Shown here piece after piece: positions 32,832 to 36,649 of a stretch of 36,649 nt of DNA. Below the pieces are notes generated by a model. The model was not told the origin of the DNA. It was given only the letters and a program-made list of their open reading frames with translations, and searched no databases. The DNA lies in NCBI GenBank assembly GCA_003990765.1, contig RBNJ01000210.1, positions 1-36,649 of the forward strand. The letters run 5' to 3'. This stretch comes from Jimgerdemannia flammicorona. Taxonomy: Eukaryota. Each line of letters starts with the position of its first letter. Within the stretch, counting starts at the first letter, position 1. A program made the translations under genes and the position numbers.

Positions 32832-35800
32832 ATGAACAGTACAACCAATATTTTTTCTTTGAATGTGAATGGGCTAAGGGGATCTGGGCGGCATCGGAAT
32901 ATTTTTACTTGGCTCAAGGGATTGGAGGCTGATCTCTTTTTATTGCAGGATATTCAATGTGAGGATGAGGATGATCAGGCAGAGTGGACTAGGGAGTGGG
33001 GGGGGGCTGCTGCTTGGTTTGGAAAGGTAGTGATTCTGGTGAGGAAGGGCAGAGGAGACTTGGGGGGAGTCAGGAGCTGGGGCGATTGCTTGGTCTGGGG
33101 AGATTGGCATCGGCCAGGGTGGGAATCGGTGAAAGTGGGCTCTTGCTACTACCCTGCAGCTAGGGGTAAGAGGATTGCATGGATTAGGGGATTGCTGGAG
33201 GAGGGTATTCTCTTGGAGGAAGGGGTCGATGTTCTCAGTGGGGACTTTAATATGGTTTAGGATCAGCATCTGGACAGAACTGATGGAGGGAGGAGTGCCA
33301 GGGGTAGAAGTGGAGGTCTGGATGCATGGGAGGAGGTGGAGATGTTGAGCTCCTTGGGGGATATGGGTAGAATGAGGTGGGGTGACACCAGGGTTTACAC
33401 ACATTGGGTGAATGGCCTGGGCACAAGGATTGACTGGATTCTGATGGTGGAGTGCTGGGGTTTGGATGTTTGGAAGGCATTGGAAGTAGAGTGGTGCCCA
33501 TGGTCTGATCACTGGAGACTGTTGGGGCAGAGGCAGTTTGGGGGGAGTGGAGATGGACCCAGACATTGGTGCCTTAACTCCTCCCTGCTGGCTGAGAAGG
33601 GGCTGTGGGAACTGTGGGTGGAGGACATTCAGGCAAAAGTTTTTACCTAGAAGCATGAGGGTTTGCCTGTGGCTGTCCGCTGGATGAGGTTGAAAGAGGC
33701 TGCAAGGGTTTATTGGGGAGAGGCTGGTAGAGAGGCTGGGAGGCAGAGAAGGAGGTACACAAGGTGTGCTTCCAGCAGGCTGAGGAGACTACAAATAGAT
33801 TGGGCAGATTTTCTCACTGTTGAGGGGGTGGAGGACTGGAGGATAGAGAGGGCAAAATTGGAGATAGTGGAACTACGACAGATGCTGAGGGAAGAGGAGG
33901 AGACCCATATGCAGGGCATGGCTGCTAGGCTGCAGTGGCAGGGGCTTGAGGAGGGTGAGCAGCCTACTAGGTACTTATCGAGACTTCTCAAAGCTAGGAG
34001 AGTGCATCATCGGTGGGATGGGGTCCTGGATGCTGATGGGGACATGGTTCATGGCACGCAACAAATCCTGGGGGTCTTGAAGGAGAGATGGCAGGGTTTG
34101 TGAAGTGAGGGAGAAGGGGGTGCAGATGAGGCAGAGATTGTGAATACACTAGATGAGTGGGGGCCACCACAGGTTGCTGGACTGAGGGACTTGATCTTAC
34201 CAGTGCAGGGGGAGGAGATCCAGAGTGTCCTGGCAGCAACTAAGCTTGGGACAGCACCAGGGGAGGATGGATTGTCTTGGGACTTCTGGAAGAAGATGGT
34301 AAATATCCCTGGAGTGTTGGGCAAGATGACTGATCTTTGTGACCATGTCCTTCAGAGTGGTGAGTGGGTTGGAGAGCAGGATCTGAGGCTGGTGGCCTTA
34401 CTATACAAAGACAAGGGAAGGAGGGAAGACTGGAAGAACTGGAGGCTGATCATGCTTCTGGATATGGACAGGAAGATGGTGACTAGAGTGATTGTCACAA
34501 GGCTGCAGAAGGTTGCCCAACAGGTGCTGGGGGAAGGGCAGTGGGGCTTTGTTGGGGGCAGACTAATAAGAGATGGGACTGCATGGGTTCATGGTGTCAT
34601 TGAAGGGGCCCGGGCCTATGGACTGAATGGAAGGTTGGTCTTTCTGGACCAGGAGAAGGCCTATGACCATGTATGGCGGGTGTGGCTGGGAAAAGTGTTG
34701 GACTGAATTGGTGTTCCCCCAACATTTAGGGCCTCTATGTTGAGTCTGCTGGAAAGTAGTCAGGCAGCTCTGACGTATAATGGTCACCATGGGAGGGCAT
34801 TTTCCTTGGGAAGAGGAGTACCTCAGGGGGACCCTCTATCCCTGATTCTCTATGCCCTGTCACTGGAGACATTGATGGATAGGATTCACTAGAAGGTAGC
34901 AGGACTCTCTATATATGGTATAGTGTGGAAGGTGGGGGCCTTTGCTGATGATATGGTGGTTAGACTTGGGTCTGTGGCAGATGTAGAGACACTTCAGAAG
35001 ACTGTGGAATGGTATGAGGCTCACTTGGGGGCGAAACTCAACTGGTATAAGTGTGAGACAATGGTGCTAGGGAATGGGCTAGTGAGTGGGGATGTCATTG
35101 GAACAATTGTCCCTACTGATGAGATGGTGCAGTATCTGGGCATCTTCCTCTCTGTATATAGTTCTGTCTTGCCATGAGTGTGGTGGGAGAGCAGGGTGAA
35201 TAGTTGGGGGGAGGTCCTTCGAGGATGGGGAGGCTGCCATATCTCTCTAGCAGAGTGGGTGTTGATCCTGAATGTATATTGGTTCTCAAAGCTATGGTAT
35301 GAGGCATATCACCTCGACTTCCCAGCATGGGTGGTGGAGAAGCTGATGAAGGTGGCTAGGGATTGGATTTGGGTGGGGAGGAGGACCCAGGTCAGTTGGG
35401 ATACTCTTGCGAGACCGGTAGTCAGGAGAGGTCTTGGTCTGGTGGATTTCTCTAAGAGACTGTACTGCTTGAGAGCCTGGTGGTTGAAGAGAGCTGTGGA
35501 ATTGCAGGGTGGAGGTTGGATGCCTCTGCTGCAGAAGGTATGGGAGATGTGAACATCCCCCCGAGGGTCCTCTGGAGATCTGCTCTCTTTGGTGGGGCTG
35601 AATGGAGTTCAGAGGCTGCGGTTCAAGGGCTTATGGTAGGGAGTAGAGTGTCAGTGGGGGCTTGGCCAGGACCTTTGGCCAAGTAGCTGACAGGCAGTTG
35701 GAATTGGAGAGGAGTAGGACTGGGCAGGTATCTGGTCTTGGAGTGCTGAGGTACAGAGGTGGCTTCCTCCAAAGTTCTGGGTGGTATGGTGGTAAATGTT

Positions 35801-36353
35801 GTGGAGAAATGTCATGCTGAATTTCTGCTCGGGGCATTTAGTAGAGGGTGGACAATTTGACTGCAAGGAGTGTTACGATGTTGGGCAGGCTGGGGGTCAT
35901 GTATAGATGCTGAAACATTGGCTGGGAGAGTGTGAGGTCTTGGGAGATTTTTGGGCTGAGATAGGAGATAGACTGGGTGTGGGGTGTTGGCAGGTGGGGG
36001 AGGGGGGTCGCTGGGAGGACTTAAGATCTCAGCTTGTAGGTGGGGTGGGGGATAGTTGGCTCACTGTAGGATGGGTATTAGCAGTATGGGTGGGACTGGC
36101 AGGCCATTGACTTTTTGTATTTGAGGAGGGGCAGTGGTTGGGGCTGCATGAGAAGGTGTTAAGGTGGGAGGAGCTGGTGGGGGATCTGCTGACCAGATGG
36201 TGGGTGGGTTGGGGTCCTCAGGGAGGATGATATCGTAGTTTGGTGATGAGGATCTGTGAACAGAGTGGTGGGAGGGTGGGGATAGTGTTCGACAAAGTGG
36301 TCTTTCACAGAGAAGAGGTAGAGGAGGTGGGCCCCCCTAGGGGGATTGGATAG
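32832..36353 (+). pseudogene. LINE copy 2 ORF2 (~1170 aa; APE endonuclease, RT, CX2C..HX4C), single frame with scattered stops
   Basis: SLNVNGL, LLQD, GDFN, RIDW, SDH; APGEDG, DQEKAYD, QGDPLS, FADD, YLGI; CKEC..HWLGEC. All ORF fragments share one frame. Confidence 0.95.
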
Positions 36354-36421
36354 GGGGTGGGATCATTGTAATTATATGGGATAGATGGGTATTAATAAAG
36401 AAAGGGAGTCTAAGTAACTAT

Positions 36422-36432
36422 AAAAAATAAAA

Positions 36433-36489
<57 letters not shown>
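36422..36489 (+). repeat. Poly(A) tail of LINE copy 2 (55 uninterrupted A, 36435-36489)
   Basis: Read directly from the sequence; starts ~22 nt after AATAAA. Confidence 0.95.
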
Positions 36490-36492
<3 letters not shown>

Positions 36493-36649
36493 GAAGACCC
36501 CACTAATACAATATCTATACTAGTCTTGATGATTATCACTAGTCTAGCACTTTACTGGTTTACTATAATCACTCTTTCTCTTATTTATAATGACCATCTC
36601 CTCTCTCATTTTAACTCTACTTAAAAAACAGTCACCTATACCAGAACTT

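Larger units (their letters stand above)
30680..36489 (+). mobile_element. Full-length LINE (L1/Tx1-like) copy 2 with 5' UTR, ORF1, ORF2, AATAAA and poly(A)
   Basis: Two ORFs separated by 32 nt; APE, RT and C-terminal knuckle; AATAAA at 36394; A-tail 36422-36489. Confidence 0.97.

Noticed and set aside
31130..34790. Long minus-strand Pro/Ser/His-rich ORFs (e.g. 31714-32478, 32940-33656) and their plus-strand counterparts in 468-5398
   Set aside because: These are shadow ORFs on the C-rich antisense strand of the LINE; they have no motifs and their boundaries are not conserved between copies.

Overview
Eukaryotic, transposon-saturated window (probably fungal, by inference) with no intact host gene; it is a nested stack of retroelements. 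(1) A near full-length L1/Tx1-type LINE on the minus strand (1-~5780) is inserted into the 5' LTR of (2) Ty3/Gypsy copy A (5782-14425). (3) An AT-rich decayed tract follows (~14430-17330). (4) An old 5'-truncated LINE relic (~17335-19273 and 30157-~30680) is split by (5) complete Ty3/Gypsy copy B (19274-30152; LTRs 1647/1628 bp, 4-bp ATAT TSD). (6) A full-length plus-strand LINE with a long poly(A) tail lies at ~30680-36489. All ORFs carry many stops derived from C>T/G>A changes, but comparing copies allows the ancestral layout to be reconstructed. The main result is the unusual expression layout of the Gypsy family, conserved in both diverged copies. An AUG-less N-terminal extension precedes Gag, protease, a Cys/His-rich region, dUTPase and a dUTPase-like segment, all in one frame. 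A probable -1 ribosomal frameshift then leads into RT-RNase H. Integrase is a separate ORF joined by an ATGA start/stop overlap, and an extra conserved 170-codon ORF of unknown function lies before the PPT. All alignments and translations were done by eye.
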